From assembly GCA_012744375.1 (NCBI GenBank), contig JAAYCD010000093.1:226-64225 (forward strand): 64,000 bases of DNA. Direction: 5' to 3'. The notes beneath the pieces are model-generated. The model worked only from the letters and a program-made list of their open reading frames with translations. It was not told the DNA's origin and ran no database searches. The position numbers were made by a program, and so were the translations under genes. Every line of letters begins with the position of its first letter. Within the stretch, counting starts at the first letter, position 1. Source of the stretch: Erysipelotrichaceae bacterium. Its GTDB lineage: Bacteria; Bacillota_I; Bacilli_A; RFN20; CAG-826. Below, piece by piece: positions 19,442 through 31,437 of the stretch.

Positions 19442-20632
19442 TTATTTCTTGATTATTTCTAAAACAATTTCAATCATCTTTTCAAATAATTGAACTGATA
19501 AAAACTCAAATCGTCCGTGATGATTGGCGCTTCCAGTGCCTAGGTTTGGAGTGACCAAACCCATCTTGGAGAATGTGGCACCATCGGTGCCGCCTTTGAT
19601 GCGTGTAAATTTTGGTTCAATACCAAGACGCTTCATCGCTTCAACAGCTTTGATAACTGGACGAGGATCTTTATCTACATATTTTTTCATGTTTTCGTAT
19701 TGTTCACTAATTGATACTTCAATCTTTGCAGTTGGATATTTTTTTGCCAAATTATCACGAACAGCATAAATTTTTGCATCTAATTGTTCCAACTTCTCAC
19801 GGCTAAAATTTCTCAAAATTGCAGTAAATTCAGTTTTTTCGCTAGAGCCATTAGCGGTGTTTAAATGCCAATAACCTTCATCTGCATAAAAAGGAGTTTC
19901 TTTTTCTGGAAGTGCACAAATAAATTCAGATTGAATTTGTAAGGCATTTACCAAGGTATTAATTCCTTCTCCGGGATGAACTGCGACACCAGTAATTTGA
20001 ACTTTCAATTGCTGAGCATTAAAGTTTTCAAAGTCGATATGGTCAACCGCTCCGCCATCGATTGTGTAGGCGTAATCTGCTTTCATTTTCTCTAAGGAGA
20101 AGTACTTTGGACCACGTCCAATTTCTTCATCAACCGTGAAAGCAATAGCTAAAGGATGATGCTTAAAATCAGGATTTTGGTTTAGGTAATCGAGTACGCC
20201 CATGATAATGGCGATACCAGCTTTATCATCTGCGCCTAAAAGGGTGTTGCCACCAGTGACTACTAAATCATGGCCAATTACTTGTTTCATAAATGGGAAT
20301 TGTTCTAATGAAATTTTGTACTCATCGTTTAAAATGATATCTTTACCGTCCCATTTCTCGACAATTCTTGGATTAACTCCAGCATTAGTGACTTCTAACG
20401 CAGTATCTACGTGTGCATTAAGGCCAATGACTTCACCTTCACCATCTAAGTGTGCGTAAACAACGCCATATTCGTCCATATAAGCGTCTTTCAAGCCAAG
20501 CTCCTTCAATTCTTTGACTAAGAGCCGACTAAGATCTTTTTGTTTCTCAGTAGATGGAACAGTAAGACTGTTCTCATCGGCTTGAGTATCAATTTTTGCA
20601 TATCTTATAAATCTTTCAATGTTCTTATTCAT
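19442..20632 (-). CDS. pepT: Peptidase T (M20-family tripeptide aminopeptidase)
   Basis: N-terminus ...FIRYAKIDTQADENS, HVDTA, GADDKAGIA (M20 metal-binding region); the length also fits PepT. Confidence 0.7.
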   Translation of the reverse strand: MNKNIERFIRYAKIDTQADENSLTVPSTEKQKDLSRLLVKELKELGLKDAYMDEYGVVYAHLDGEGEVIGLNAHVDTALEVTNAGVNPRIVEKWDGKDIILNDEYKISLEQFPFMKQVIGHDLVVTGGNTLLGADDKAGIAIIMGVLDYLNQNPDFKHHPLAIAFTVDEEIGRGPKYFSLEKMKADYAYTIDGGAVDHIDFENFNAQQLKVQITGVAVHPGEGINTLVNALQIQSEFICALPEKETPFYADEGYWHLNTANGSSEKTEFTAILRNFSREKLEQLDAKIYAVRDNLAKKYPTAKIEVSISEQYENMKKYVDKDPRPVIKAVEAMKRLGIEPKFTRIKGGTDGATFSKMGLVTPNLGTGSANHHGRFEFLSVQLFEKMIEIVLEIIKK

Positions 20633-20729
20633 AATGGCACCCCCTATATGAGCAATATTATATATTGTTAAGCCGACAATAGTGATAATTTTTATTTGCT
20701 TAAATAATAATAATCGTTAGAATAGTTGT

Positions 20730-21314
20730 ATGATTGAAGAAATCGAAGTAAAAAGAAAATATTATCAAATCATTGAACAAATTGGCGATCGCTCATTCAA
20801 AGTCATGAGAAAAGACAAACTTTATTTCTTAAAGAAATTTGAGGGTGACAACAAAGGATTTGAACATTTCATTGATTGTGAACATCGTTTAAGAGTATCT
20901 GGGGTTGTCTCACCAAAATGCCAAATCTACGATAAAAAAACAATGATTGCAGTTGTTGATTATATTGAAGGCGAAAACTGTTTTGATATGTTGCAAAAAG
21001 GCAACTTACCAGAATCAATTATTGAACTTTTATTCAAGACATTTTGGTACGCAAAAAACGATAAAATTGCTTTAGATTATCGTCCAGAAAACTTTGTTTA
21101 CGCGAATGAAAAATTATATTATCTCCCATATAATTGTGGCAAATATTTAAGTAATGAATCTTTTATTCAACACGATATTCGCCTTTGGTTTATTACCAAA
21201 GAATTTATCAAATATTGCCATGAAAAACGCGTCGATATTAATCAATCCATGTTGAAATCTGATTATGAAGTTAACAAAAATATTGCTTTGATGACTGTAA
21301 AATATTATAGATAG
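20730..21314 (+). CDS. Minimal atypical protein-kinase-like protein (Bud32/RIO/Kdo-kinase-like size)
   Basis: 194 aa. An N-terminal glycine-loop-like IGDRSF plus Lys in YFLKKF. LDYRPENFVY closely matches the HRDLKPEN catalytic loop. No DFG motif. Confidence 0.4.
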   Translation: MIEEIEVKRKYYQIIEQIGDRSFKVMRKDKLYFLKKFEGDNKGFEHFIDCEHRLRVSGVVSPKCQIYDKKTMIAVVDYIEGENCFDMLQKGNLPESIIELLFKTFWYAKNDKIALDYRPENFVYANEKLYYLPYNCGKYLSNESFIQHDIRLWFITKEFIKYCHEKRVDINQSMLKSDYEVNKNIALMTVKYYR

Positions 21315-21328
21315 GAAGGTTGCTAAAC

Positions 21329-21850
21329 GTGGAAAATAAGTATGTAAAATTGATTACTAGTCGCGTGAGTTGCCGAACTTATACGGAAAAACGAGTGCCT
21401 ATTAAGAAGGTACTTGCGATTGCAGAAGCAGGAAAATATGCGCCTAGTGCGAGAAATCGTCAAATTTGTAACATTTATGTTATAAAAAATGCATCAAAAG
21501 TTGAAAAATTGCGCAACTTGTCAATTGAACTTTCTCCTCGCGGTGATTGTATGTACGGAGCAAAAACTGTCATTTTGGTCGCTGGACCACGCGAAGACGC
21601 TTTTACCGATAAAGATGGCGCATGTATTTTAGAAAATATGTTTTTAGCCGCGCATGGTTTGGGTCTAGGCTCTTGCTGGATCAATCAATTTGACGATTTG
21701 TTAAATACTCCGAAAGGCTTAAAAATTAAAAAATCTTTTGGAATTCCCGAAGATTTTAAGGTCGTTGGTGCTTGTATTGTTGGCTATGCAAAAGAAGGGG
21801 TTTCTTTAAATATTAAAGAAAGAAAAGTCGATTTTATCAAGGTAATATAG
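21329..21850 (+). CDS. Nitroreductase-family oxidoreductase
   Basis: TSRVSCRTYTEKRV...APSARNRQ nitroreductase N-terminal motif. GTG start at 21329, 9 nt after AGGAAGG; the ORF track uses TTG at 21320. Confidence 0.65.
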   Translation: MENKYVKLITSRVSCRTYTEKRVPIKKVLAIAEAGKYAPSARNRQICNIYVIKNASKVEKLRNLSIELSPRGDCMYGAKTVILVAGPREDAFTDKDGACILENMFLAAHGLGLGSCWINQFDDLLNTPKGLKIKKSFGIPEDFKVVGACIVGYAKEGVSLNIKERKVDFIKVI

Positions 21851-21945
21851 TATCGTAAGAAAATCACTTGCAAAAAGCAAAAAGATTATAAACGTTATTA
21901 GCGTTTACTTGCTAAAATAGATTCATATTTAGGAGATTTTTTATA

Positions 21946-23367
21946 ATGAAAAAAGTAGTTACTAATCCTTATCTACCAAATTTTGAGTATATCCCCGATG
22001 GTGAACCACATGTGTTCAACGGACGTGTCTACGTTTATGGTTCACACGATCGTTTTGGTGGTAACAATTTCTGCATGAATGACTATGTTACTTGGTCCGC
22101 TCCAGTTGATGATTTATCCGATTGGCGTTATGAAGGCGTTATTTGGAGAAAAAAAGACGACCCAACAACCAATGGCAAGAGAGTGTTTTATGCTCCAGAT
22201 GTTTGCCAAGGTCCAGATGGTAAATTTTATTTATACTATTGCCCAGTTCAAGGTCTCACCAGCGGATCATTTGTTATCAACTGTGCCGTTGCTGATAACC
22301 CTGCCGGTCCATTTAAATATCATGGCAATGTCGATTTAAGCAAATGGAACAAAACCTATCTTCCTTTTGACCCAGGTGTGTATGTGGAAGATGGTCGCGT
22401 TTATTTATATTATGGTTCTGCCATGTTTTATCCATTACTCGACGTCCGCAATAAATCTATTAAAGGTGGTGCGGTTGTTGAATTAGATCCAAAAGACATG
22501 TTGACCGTCATTAATGGTCCAGTACTCACAGTTCCAACTATTAAAAACGATGTAAATAATGAATATGGTATTCACGCTTTCTTTGAAGCGAGTTCTATGC
22601 GCAAATTCAAAGGTAAATACTACTTCATTTATTCTTCTCAAGCAGGTCATGAATTATGCTACTGCATCGGTGACAATCCAATGGGACCTTTCAAGAAAGG
22701 TGGCACCTTGATTTCTAATGGTGACATTGGCTTAAATGGTCATGTCGATCCAAAAACTGCGGTCGATTTCACCGGCAATACCCACGGTTCTATGTTAGAG
22801 GCTAATGGTCGCTTTTATATCTTTGCTCATAGACAAACAAACAAATGCCAATTTTCTAGACAAGGCTTTGCAGAAGAGGTGTTTATTGAAGAAGACGGTT
22901 CTATTAAACAAGCAGAAAGAACTTCTCAAGGTTTATATGGTAAACCATTACCAGGAAAAGGCGAATACTTTGCCTCAATTTGCTGCGGTTTAAGAGCCAA
23001 AAAAGGCAATCGTTTCTACGGTATTTTCAAGTCCGGTCATAGAAAAGAACCATTCCTCACTCAACATGGCGGCGATAGAGAAGATAACCCAAACCAATAC
23101 ATTAAGAACTTTAACGATGGTTGTTCTGTCACTTACAAATACTTCGATTTGCGCAAAACCAAAACATTTGGTATTGAAGTGAATGGGTCAGCGGTTGGCA
23201 AACTTATCATGAAGTATGGTGATAAAGAAGCAGTCCAAGAAATTAACCTCAAAAAGGAAATGAAAATTATCAAATTCCCAGTCAAAAACGGTGGCGAAAA
23301 AGATAAGGTCGTCTTCATTTATGAAGGTAAAGGCGCGCTCGATTTAACCAAACTTTTCTTAGATTAA
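21946..23367 (+). CDS. GH43-like five-bladed beta-propeller glycoside hydrolase with a C-terminal beta-sandwich domain
   Basis: The N-terminus NPYLPNFEYIPDGEPHVFNGRVYVYGSHD resembles GH43-family xylosidase/arabinofuranosidase-like proteins; 473 aa. Confidence 0.5.
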   Translation: MKKVVTNPYLPNFEYIPDGEPHVFNGRVYVYGSHDRFGGNNFCMNDYVTWSAPVDDLSDWRYEGVIWRKKDDPTTNGKRVFYAPDVCQGPDGKFYLYYCPVQGLTSGSFVINCAVADNPAGPFKYHGNVDLSKWNKTYLPFDPGVYVEDGRVYLYYGSAMFYPLLDVRNKSIKGGAVVELDPKDMLTVINGPVLTVPTIKNDVNNEYGIHAFFEASSMRKFKGKYYFIYSSQAGHELCYCIGDNPMGPFKKGGTLISNGDIGLNGHVDPKTAVDFTGNTHGSMLEANGRFYIFAHRQTNKCQFSRQGFAEEVFIEEDGSIKQAERTSQGLYGKPLPGKGEYFASICCGLRAKKGNRFYGIFKSGHRKEPFLTQHGGDREDNPNQYIKNFNDGCSVTYKYFDLRKTKTFGIEVNGSAVGKLIMKYGDKEAVQEINLKKEMKIIKFPVKNGGEKDKVVFIYEGKGALDLTKLFLD

Positions 23368-23381
23368 TAATTAACTTAACT

Positions 23382-23407
23382 AAGCGCGGGTCAAACCGCG
23401 CTTTTTT
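23382..23407 (+). terminator. Rho-independent terminator after the GH43-like gene
   Basis: AAGCGCGGgtcaaaCCGCGCTTtttt. Confidence 0.7.
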
Positions 23408-23443
23408 GTTTGTTGTGGTTTTAAGTGCATTATTTTATAATGA

Positions 23444-24573
<1,130 letters not shown>

Positions 24574-24574
<1 letters not shown>

Positions 24575-25614
24575 TGGATATAAATTTATTTGATTATTAC
24601 TTGCCTGAGTCTTTAATTGCTCAGGTTCCTTGCCAACAAAGAGATCACTCGCGATTGTTGGTAGTTGATAAAGACAAGCAAACCTATGAAGATAAGATGT
24701 TTTATAATATTATTGATTACCTAATGCCCGGGGATGTTTTAGTAAGAAATAACACTAAAGTTATTCCTGCGCGTTTATTGGGTGTAAAGGAAGTTACGGG
24801 TGCGCACTGTGAATTGCTGCTTCTAAAACAACTTGAAGGTGACAACTGGGAGTGTTTAACGCGTCCCGCGAAATCCTTAAAAGTTGGTGCCAGAGTTAGT
24901 TTCGGGGAAGGCAAACTAATCGCCGAATGTCTTGAAGAAAAAGAAGAAGGTTTACGTGTCTTTAAGTTTATTTATAAAGGTATTTTTTTAGAAGTATTAG
25001 ATGCTCTAGGAAAGATGCCTCTTCCACCCTACATTAGTGAACAACTATGTCCAAATGACCGCTACCAAACTGTGTACGCAAAGAGCGAAGGAAGTGCGGC
25101 TGCGCCAACTGCTGGGTTCCATTTTACTGAAGCACTTTTCGAGCAAATAATCGCCAAAGGCATCGAAGTGGTGGACGTTACTTTACATATCGGTTTAGGA
25201 ACTTTTAGACCAGTCAAGGTAACCGACACAAAAGATCATGTTATGCACAGTGAAGCCTATGAGATTTCTCCTGAAGCCGCATGTAAACTAAACGCTGCTA
25301 AAAAAGAGAATCGCCGCATTATTTGTATTGGAACAACCTCGGTTAGAACTCTTGAAGCTAATTACACCAAATATCATGAATTTAAGGCGATGAGAGAGGC
25401 CACAAATATTTTTATTGAACCAGGTTACCGATATCAAGTTGTAGATGCTTTAATCACCAATTTTCATTTGCCTAAATCTACATTAATTATGTTGGTGTCG
25501 GCATTTATGGGAAGACAATTTACATTGGAGGTGTATCGTCATGCAGTCGAAGAGAAATACAGATTTTTCTCCTTTGGAGACGCCATGTTCATTCATGGAA
25601 AAACCCAAGGTTAA
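24574..25614 (+). CDS. queA: S-adenosylmethionine:tRNA ribosyltransferase-isomerase
   Basis: The N-terminus [19 protein letters not shown] is typical of QueA; 346 aa. Confidence 0.85.
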
Positions 25615-26227
25615 TTACGACAAATTATTCATTGAGGAACTAGAAAAGATTAAAAAAAGTGGTGTTAAACCCACACTCCTTTTGCATGTTTGCTGTGGCC
25701 CATGTTTTACTTATCCTTATACCTTGCTTAAAGACTATTTTGATATCACTATCTTCTACAATAATTCAAACATTTTTCCAGAAAGTGAATATCATCGTCG
25801 CCTTAATGAACTCAAAGCATATTTGTTCTCAATCGGAGTCAACGTTCCAATCGTCGAAATCGCATATAACTATAACGATTTTGTGCTGGATTTATTACCC
25901 TACTCTACGCAAAAGGAAGGTCAGGACAGATGTCGTCTTTGTTTTGAAAAAAGACTAAGTCAAGCTTTTGCCTTTGCCCAAGAAAATGGCTTTGATTATT
26001 GCGGTACCGTGATGAGTATTTCACGTTTTAAAAACTCACAAATACTTAACCAAATCGGCTTAGATCTAGCCAAAAATTCTTCTAAAACAAAGTGGCTAAC
26101 CGCCGACTTTAAGAAAAACGGCGGTTATGAAAAATCGCTCGAAATGGTTAAGGAATGCAAGATGTATTTCCAAAAATATTGTGGTTGTCAGTTCTCAATC
26201 AGGCCAGAAGTCAAACCTGCAAAGTAA
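25595..26227 (+). CDS. queH: Epoxyqueuosine reductase QueH (DUF208)
   Basis: [14 protein letters not shown] Cys motif. Start taken at the ATG at 25595 (MEKPKV...), overlapping queA by 20 nt; the ORF-track start at 25541 is rejected. Confidence 0.65.
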   Translation: MEKPKVNYDKLFIEELEKIKKSGVKPTLLLHVCCGPCFTYPYTLLKDYFDITIFYNNSNIFPESEYHRRLNELKAYLFSIGVNVPIVEIAYNYNDFVLDLLPYSTQKEGQDRCRLCFEKRLSQAFAFAQENGFDYCGTVMSISRFKNSQILNQIGLDLAKNSSKTKWLTADFKKNGGYEKSLEMVKECKMYFQKYCGCQFSIRPEVKPAK

Positions 26228-26400
26228 GAGTTTTTTATCAAAGTTAAACATAATTTTCTCTTCACAATTTCAAAAATGAGAGGCTTAAAATGCCTTTTTT
26301 TGTTTTTTTTGAGCATATTTTTCCCCATCTAAAAAGCATTTCACGACCCCAATATTTTTGTCTTCTTACGGGCATGAAATTATATTTTATAAATAATTAG

Positions 26401-26429
26401 TTGACAGTACATACGCGTAAATGTATGAT
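26401..26429 (+). promoter_or_regulatory. Sigma-A-type promoter of the S10 operon
   Basis: TTGACA at 26401-26406, 17-bp spacer, TATGAT at 26424-26429. Followed by a roughly 130-nt leader before rpsJ. Confidence 0.6.
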
Positions 26430-26565
26430 ATTGAACGTTGACGACTCGCGTTGATGTGCGAGGTTGCTGATACACCCACAGGCGTTGTCATGAAGGTGTA
26501 TTCAGGTAATTCGTATTGAGTGAGTTAACGTCAAAGCCTGATAGTGATAGGAGGAAAATTAATTC

Positions 26566-26877
26566 ATGGCAAAAGTAACCAAAATTCGGGTTCGTCTTAA
26601 AGCGTATGATCATGTCAGCTTAGATTTAAGTGCTGAAAAGATTATTGCAGCGGCGAAAAACACTGGTGCAACAGTTGTCGGTCCAATTCCGCTCCCAACG
26701 GAAAAGCAAGTGTTCACCATTCTCAGAGCTGTTCACAAATACAAAGATTCTCGTGAACAATTCGAAATCAGAACACACAAGAGAATCATTGATATTCGTA
26801 ACTACCGCAAAGAAACTCTCGATTCATTAAAGAATCTTGACTTACCAGCTGGTGTAGATATCGAAATCAAACTATAG
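26566..26877 (+). CDS. rpsJ: 30S ribosomal protein S10
   Basis: [16 protein letters not shown]... ; first gene of the S10 operon. Confidence 0.9.
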   Translation: MAKVTKIRVRLKAYDHVSLDLSAEKIIAAAKNTGATVVGPIPLPTEKQVFTILRAVHKYKDSREQFEIRTHKRIIDIRNYRKETLDSLKNLDLPAGVDIEIKL

Positions 26878-26890
26878 GAGGTAAGCGTTC

Positions 26891-27616
26891 ATGAAAGCAA
26901 TTATTGGCCGCAAAATGGGCATGACTCAAGTCTTCGCTGAAGATGGTCAGATCTATGCTGTGACGGTCGTGGAAGTCTTACCAAACGTTGTCACACAAGT
27001 CAAAACCGTTGAAAAAGATGGTTATGCCGCAATTCAAGTTGGTTATGAAGAATTAAAAGAATCTAGAGCCAACAAACCACAAAAAGGTATTGCTAAAAAA
27101 GCAAACACCGTCCCACATCAAGTCCACAAAGAATTAAAGGGCGATGAAATGGGTAATTATCAACTCGGTGATGTCGTCAAAGCTGACATCTTCAAAGCCG
27201 GTGATGTCGTCGATGTAATCGGCGTATCCAAAGGTCATGGTTTCACTGGTGTTATCAAACGCTGGAACCAAGCCATCGGTCCAAAATCACATGGTTCGGG
27301 TTATCACAGAGGTCCAGGTACATTTGCCAACAATGGTCGTTATAACCACGGCGTTATGCCAGGCAAACATATGGCTGGACATCATGGTAATGAATCCGCC
27401 ACAGTGCTCAATCAAATCATTATCGCTGTTGATGCTGAAAAGAACTATATCTTAGTTAAAGGTGGCATTCCAGGCCCTCGCAAGAGCATCGTCACCATTA
27501 GAACAGCAATTAAAGGTATTAAGCATCCAGAACAAATTAAAAAATTAATTAACCGCGCTCCAGCGGTTGCTGAAGTTCCTGCAGAAGAAGAAGCAGTAGC
27601 TGAAGCAGCAGAATAA
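26891..27616 (+). CDS. rplC: 50S ribosomal protein L3, with a roughly 30-aa acidic Ala/Glu-rich C-terminal extension
   Basis: Conserved L3 core; C-terminus ...RAPAVAEVPAEEEAVAEAAE. Confidence 0.9.
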   Translation: MKAIIGRKMGMTQVFAEDGQIYAVTVVEVLPNVVTQVKTVEKDGYAAIQVGYEELKESRANKPQKGIAKKANTVPHQVHKELKGDEMGNYQLGDVVKADIFKAGDVVDVIGVSKGHGFTGVIKRWNQAIGPKSHGSGYHRGPGTFANNGRYNHGVMPGKHMAGHHGNESATVLNQIIIAVDAEKNYILVKGGIPGPRKSIVTIRTAIKGIKHPEQIKKLINRAPAVAEVPAEEEAVAEAAE

Positions 27617-27637
27617 AACGGAAAGGAGAACTGAAAT

Positions 27638-28276
27638 ATGGCAGAAAAGAAAACAGTCAGTGTTAAAGTCTATAATATGGCTGGCGAAGAAGTGTCCAAA
27701 ATGACTCTTAATGCCGCAGTGTTCAACGTTGAACCACATCAACAAGTTATGTTTGATGCCGTCCAAGTTGCACAAGCCAACGCTAGACAAGCCACTGCAA
27801 AAACCAAAACCCGCCACGAAGTCAGTGGTGGTGGTAAAAAGCCCTTCCGTCAAAAAGGTACTGGCCGCGCTCGTGCCGGTTCTAGCCGCTCCCCAATTTG
27901 GGTTGGCGGTGGCACCATCTTCGGTCCAGTTGGTACTCAAAATTACAAACTTTCCCAAAACAAGAAAGAACACAAACTTGCGCTTAAATCCGCGTTAAGT
28001 TTGAAAACTAAAAACGGACTCGTCGTCGTCGATGAAATTAACTTCACCGAACTTAAAACTAAAAACTTTGTCAAATTCTTAGATGCAGTTAAGGTTGCAG
28101 GTAAAGCACTCGTCGTCGTCGATGAAATTACCGAAGGAATCTACGCTAGTGCCCGCAATGTTGGTTACGCCAAGGTTGTTACACCAGACAATGTCAGTGT
28201 TCTCGATTTATTAAATGTCGACAACCTCATCGTCTCAAAAGCTAGCATCAAAGCAATTGAGGAGGCGTTAAAGTAA
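27638..28276 (+). CDS. rplD: 50S ribosomal protein L4
   Basis: Conserved L4 sequence and operon position. Confidence 0.9.
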   Translation: MAEKKTVSVKVYNMAGEEVSKMTLNAAVFNVEPHQQVMFDAVQVAQANARQATAKTKTRHEVSGGGKKPFRQKGTGRARAGSSRSPIWVGGGTIFGPVGTQNYKLSQNKKEHKLALKSALSLKTKNGLVVVDEINFTELKTKNFVKFLDAVKVAGKALVVVDEITEGIYASARNVGYAKVVTPDNVSVLDLLNVDNLIVSKASIKAIEEALK

Positions 28277-28277
28277 T

Positions 28278-28619
28278 ATGGCTAAGAAAAAAGCTGCAGC
28301 AAAAACCGAAAATCGCTTTCCAAAGGCGACCGAAAAAGACTTCGACGTTATCGTAAAGCCAATCATCACTGAAAAAGCGATGACCTTAATGCAAAACGAA
28401 AACAAAGTTACCTTAAAGGTGTTACCAACTGCCACGAAGGTTGAAATCAAATTAGCGTTTGAAAGAATCTTCCAAGTGAAAGTTGATGAAGTCAAAGTCT
28501 CAAATCAAAAACCAAAATTAACCACTAGAGGCACCAGATTCTCTGGCAAAATCTCTGGTTATAAAAAGGCCGTTGTCACCGTCGCAGAAGGTGAAGCCAT
28601 CGACCTTTTCAAAGAATAA
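28278..28619 (+). CDS. rplW: 50S ribosomal protein L23 (short Lys/Ala-rich N-terminal extension)
   Basis: Operon position; IIKPIITEKA... core. Confidence 0.85.
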   Translation: MAKKKAAAKTENRFPKATEKDFDVIVKPIITEKAMTLMQNENKVTLKVLPTATKVEIKLAFERIFQVKVDEVKVSNQKPKLTTRGTRFSGKISGYKKAVVTVAEGEAIDLFKE

Positions 28620-28657
28620 GGAAATAACTTATTCCGCAATTATAGGAGGACAAAATA

Positions 28658-29491
28658 ATGTCAATTAGAACGTACAAGCCTACGACTCCAAGCCGTAGAA
28701 ACATGACAAATTCGACATTTGGTGAAATCACCAAAACCGCTCCTGAGAAAAGTTTATTAGTCAGTTTATCCAAATCTGGTGGAAGAAATAATCAAGGTGT
28801 CATCACCTGCCGCCACATTGGTGGAGGTCATAAACGTAAATATCGTATTATTGACTTCAAACGTAATAAAGATGGCATCCCAGCGGTCGTAAAAACAATC
28901 GAATATGATCCAAACCGTAACGCCAACATCTGCTTAGTTAGCTATTTAGATGGTGAAAAGCGTTATATTATCGCCCCAAAAGATATCAAAGTTGGTCAAA
29001 AAATCATCTCTGGTGATACTGTTGATATCGTCACTGGTAATGCTTGCGCACTCGCGAATATTCCAGAAGGTACATTAATCCACAACATCGAATTAGTTCC
29101 TGGCAGAGGTGGCCAAATGTGTAGAGCCGCCGGCGCTAGCGCCCAAGTCCTTGGTAAAGAAGGTAAATATGTTTTGCTTCGCTTAACCTCTGGTGAAGTG
29201 CGCAAAGTGTTAGGTACTTGCCGCGCCACAATCGGCTCGGTCGGTAATGATGATTGGAACTTAGTCAATCTTGGCAAAGCCGGCAAAACCCGTTGGTATG
29301 GTGTAAGACCAACCGTTCGTGGTAGTGCGATGAACCCAAACGATCACCCTCATGGTGGCGGTGAAGGTAAATCACCAGTCGGTCGCGATGCACCAAGAAC
29401 CCCATGGGGTAAACGTGCATTAGGTGTCAGAACACGCAACAAGAAAAAAGCATCCGGCAAATTAATCGTCAGACGTCGGAACGCTAAGTAA
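28658..29491 (+). CDS. rplB: 50S ribosomal protein L2
   Basis: Conserved L2 sequence, including GGGHKRKYR and HPHGGGEGK. Confidence 0.95.
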   Translation: MSIRTYKPTTPSRRNMTNSTFGEITKTAPEKSLLVSLSKSGGRNNQGVITCRHIGGGHKRKYRIIDFKRNKDGIPAVVKTIEYDPNRNANICLVSYLDGEKRYIIAPKDIKVGQKIISGDTVDIVTGNACALANIPEGTLIHNIELVPGRGGQMCRAAGASAQVLGKEGKYVLLRLTSGEVRKVLGTCRATIGSVGNDDWNLVNLGKAGKTRWYGVRPTVRGSAMNPNDHPHGGGEGKSPVGRDAPRTPWGKRALGVRTRNKKKASGKLIVRRRNAK

Positions 29492-29511
29492 TCGCGAAAG
29501 GAGAATAAATT

Positions 29512-29805
29512 ATGGCAAGAAGTTTGAAAAAAGGTGCATTCGTCGATGATTCATTAATGAAAAAAGTCGAAGCCTTGAACGCAAAAAACAAAAAAGAAGT
29601 CATCAAGACTTGGTCACGCCGTTCTACTATCTACCCATCATTCGTGGGTCATACATTCGCGGTTTATAATGGTAAAGAACACATCTCTGTTTATGTGACA
29701 GAAGATATGGTCGGACACAAATTAGGTGAATTTTCTCCAACAAGAAAATTCGCTGGACATACAGGCCACACTGCTGAAGATAAAGCAGCAAAAGCCGGTA
29801 AATAG
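29512..29805 (+). CDS. rpsS: 30S ribosomal protein S19
   Basis: [13 protein letters not shown]... conserved. Confidence 0.9.
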   Translation: MARSLKKGAFVDDSLMKKVEALNAKNKKEVIKTWSRRSTIYPSFVGHTFAVYNGKEHISVYVTEDMVGHKLGEFSPTRKFAGHTGHTAEDKAAKAGK

Positions 29806-29819
29806 TAGGAGGACTAATC

Positions 29820-30329
29820 ATGGCAGAAGAAAAGAAAGCTCCTAAAAAAGCTAAAAAAGTCGTCGAACCAGTAGTTGAAGAAACAGCTGCTCCAGTCGTC
29901 GAAGAAAAGAAAGCTCCAAAGAAAGCCGCTCCTAAAAAAGCTGCAAAGGTTGCTAAAGAAGAGGCAAAACCAGCCGCTCCAAAAAAGCCAATGCCAACTG
30001 AGGCAAAAGCTCATGCGAAAAATGTCAAAGTCACTCCTCGTAAAGTGCGTCTAGTCATTGATCTCGTAAGAGGCTTACCAGTTAAGCAAGCATTAGGCAT
30101 TCTTGCAAACGTTAACCGTGCCGCTAGCGAACCAGTCATGAAAGTGATTAAATCCGCAGCCGCTAACGCCGTCAACAACTTCGGTATGGATGAAGCCACT
30201 CTATACATCGCGGAAATCTATGCAAATGATGGCTTAAGATTAAAACGTTATATGCCAAGAGCAAAAGGTTCTGCATCAGGCTTAGTCAAACGCAGTTCCA
30301 ACATCACCGTCGTGGTGAAAATGAAATAG
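29820..30329 (+). CDS. rplV: 50S ribosomal protein L22 with a roughly 55-aa Ala/Lys/Pro-rich (histone-H1-like) N-terminal extension
   Basis: 169 aa versus about 110 typical. The L22 core begins at ...EAKAHAKNVKVTPRKVRLVIDLVRG, preceded by MAEEKKAPKKAKKVVEP...KPAAPKKP. Confidence 0.85.
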   Translation: MAEEKKAPKKAKKVVEPVVEETAAPVVEEKKAPKKAAPKKAAKVAKEEAKPAAPKKPMPTEAKAHAKNVKVTPRKVRLVIDLVRGLPVKQALGILANVNRAASEPVMKVIKSAAANAVNNFGMDEATLYIAEIYANDGLRLKRYMPRAKGSASGLVKRSSNITVVVKMK

Positions 30330-30341
30330 GAGGAAATCGTA

Positions 30342-31019
30342 ATGGGTCAAAAAGTTAATCCGGTAGGCTTAAGAGTTGGCATCAATAAGAATTGGAATTC
30401 TCGTTGGTTCGCAAACGACAAAGAATACCACGTCTTCTTAAATGAAGATATCAAAGTCCGTGATTTCCTCGTTGTAAAACTCAAAGAAGCTTTATTATCT
30501 CACGTTGAAATCGAAAGAATTAAGACTGACAAGGGTTATACAGTTGTCGTCATGATCTTCGTCGCCCGTCCGGGTGTCGTTATCGGTCAAGATGGCAAGA
30601 ATATCAATGAATTAAAAGAACAATTAACCAAGTTGTTAAATAACAGCGAAGTGCGTATCGATGTCGTCGAAGTCAAAAATCCTGACCTAGATGCCAACAT
30701 CGTCGCTCAAGAAATCGCTAAACAACTAGAAGAAAGAGCAAGTTTCAGAACCGCGCAAAAAAGAGCGATTCAAAGAGTCCGTAAATCTGGCGCTAAAGGT
30801 ATCAAAACCGAAGTCAGTGGCCGTTTAGGCGGCAATGATATCGCCCGTTCAGAAGGCTATCGCGAAGGTATCATTCCTCTTCACACATTAAGAAGTGATA
30901 TTGACTATGCGTGTGTACACGCTGCTACACAATATGGCCGTTTAGGCGTTAAAGTGTGGATTTGTCGTGGTGAAATTCGTCCTGAACTCCAAAAGAAAAA
31001 TTCTGAGAAAGGAGAATAG
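30342..31019 (+). CDS. rpsC: 30S ribosomal protein S3
   Basis: Conserved KH-domain S3 sequence. Confidence 0.95.
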   Translation: MGQKVNPVGLRVGINKNWNSRWFANDKEYHVFLNEDIKVRDFLVVKLKEALLSHVEIERIKTDKGYTVVVMIFVARPGVVIGQDGKNINELKEQLTKLLNNSEVRIDVVEVKNPDLDANIVAQEIAKQLEERASFRTAQKRAIQRVRKSGAKGIKTEVSGRLGGNDIARSEGYREGIIPLHTLRSDIDYACVHAATQYGRLGVKVWICRGEIRPELQKKNSEKGE

Positions 31020-31021
31020 TC

Positions 31022-31432
31022 ATGTTACAACCAAAACGCGTTAAATATCGCCGTCCACATATCATCAAATATGAAGGACACTGCAAATCCTCACCAAAAG
31101 TGGCATTTGGCGAACTTGGTTTGCAAGCCGCTGAAGGCGCTTGGATTACCACCCGTCAAATTGAAGCAGCTCGTATTGTCCTCTCTCGTTACACCAAAAG
31201 AGGTGGCAAAATCTGGATTAGAATCTTCCCACATTTAGCCAAAACAAAAAAACCTGCCGAAGTCCGTATGGGTTCTGGTAAAGGTGCTCCAGAAGATTGG
31301 GTAGCCGTTGTTAGACAAGGCTGTGTCATGTTTGAAATCGCCGGTGTCGACGAAGAAGATATGAGAGAAGCTCTCCGTTTAGCGGCATATAAACTCCCTA
31401 TTAAATGTAAAGTTATTAAGAAAGGTGAGTAA
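31022..31432 (+). CDS. rplP: 50S ribosomal protein L16
   Basis: [11 protein letters not shown]... conserved. Confidence 0.95.
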   Translation: MLQPKRVKYRRPHIIKYEGHCKSSPKVAFGELGLQAAEGAWITTRQIEAARIVLSRYTKRGGKIWIRIFPHLAKTKKPAEVRMGSGKGAPEDWVAVVRQGCVMFEIAGVDEEDMREALRLAAYKLPIKCKVIKKGE

Positions 31433-31437
31433 TAGTT

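Noticed and set aside
28019-28138. 24-nt direct repeat ACTCGTCGTCGTCGATGAAATTA occurring twice within rplD
   Set aside because: It reflects a duplicated peptide segment (LVVVDEI) inside the L4 coding sequence. It is not a mobile or regulatory repeat.
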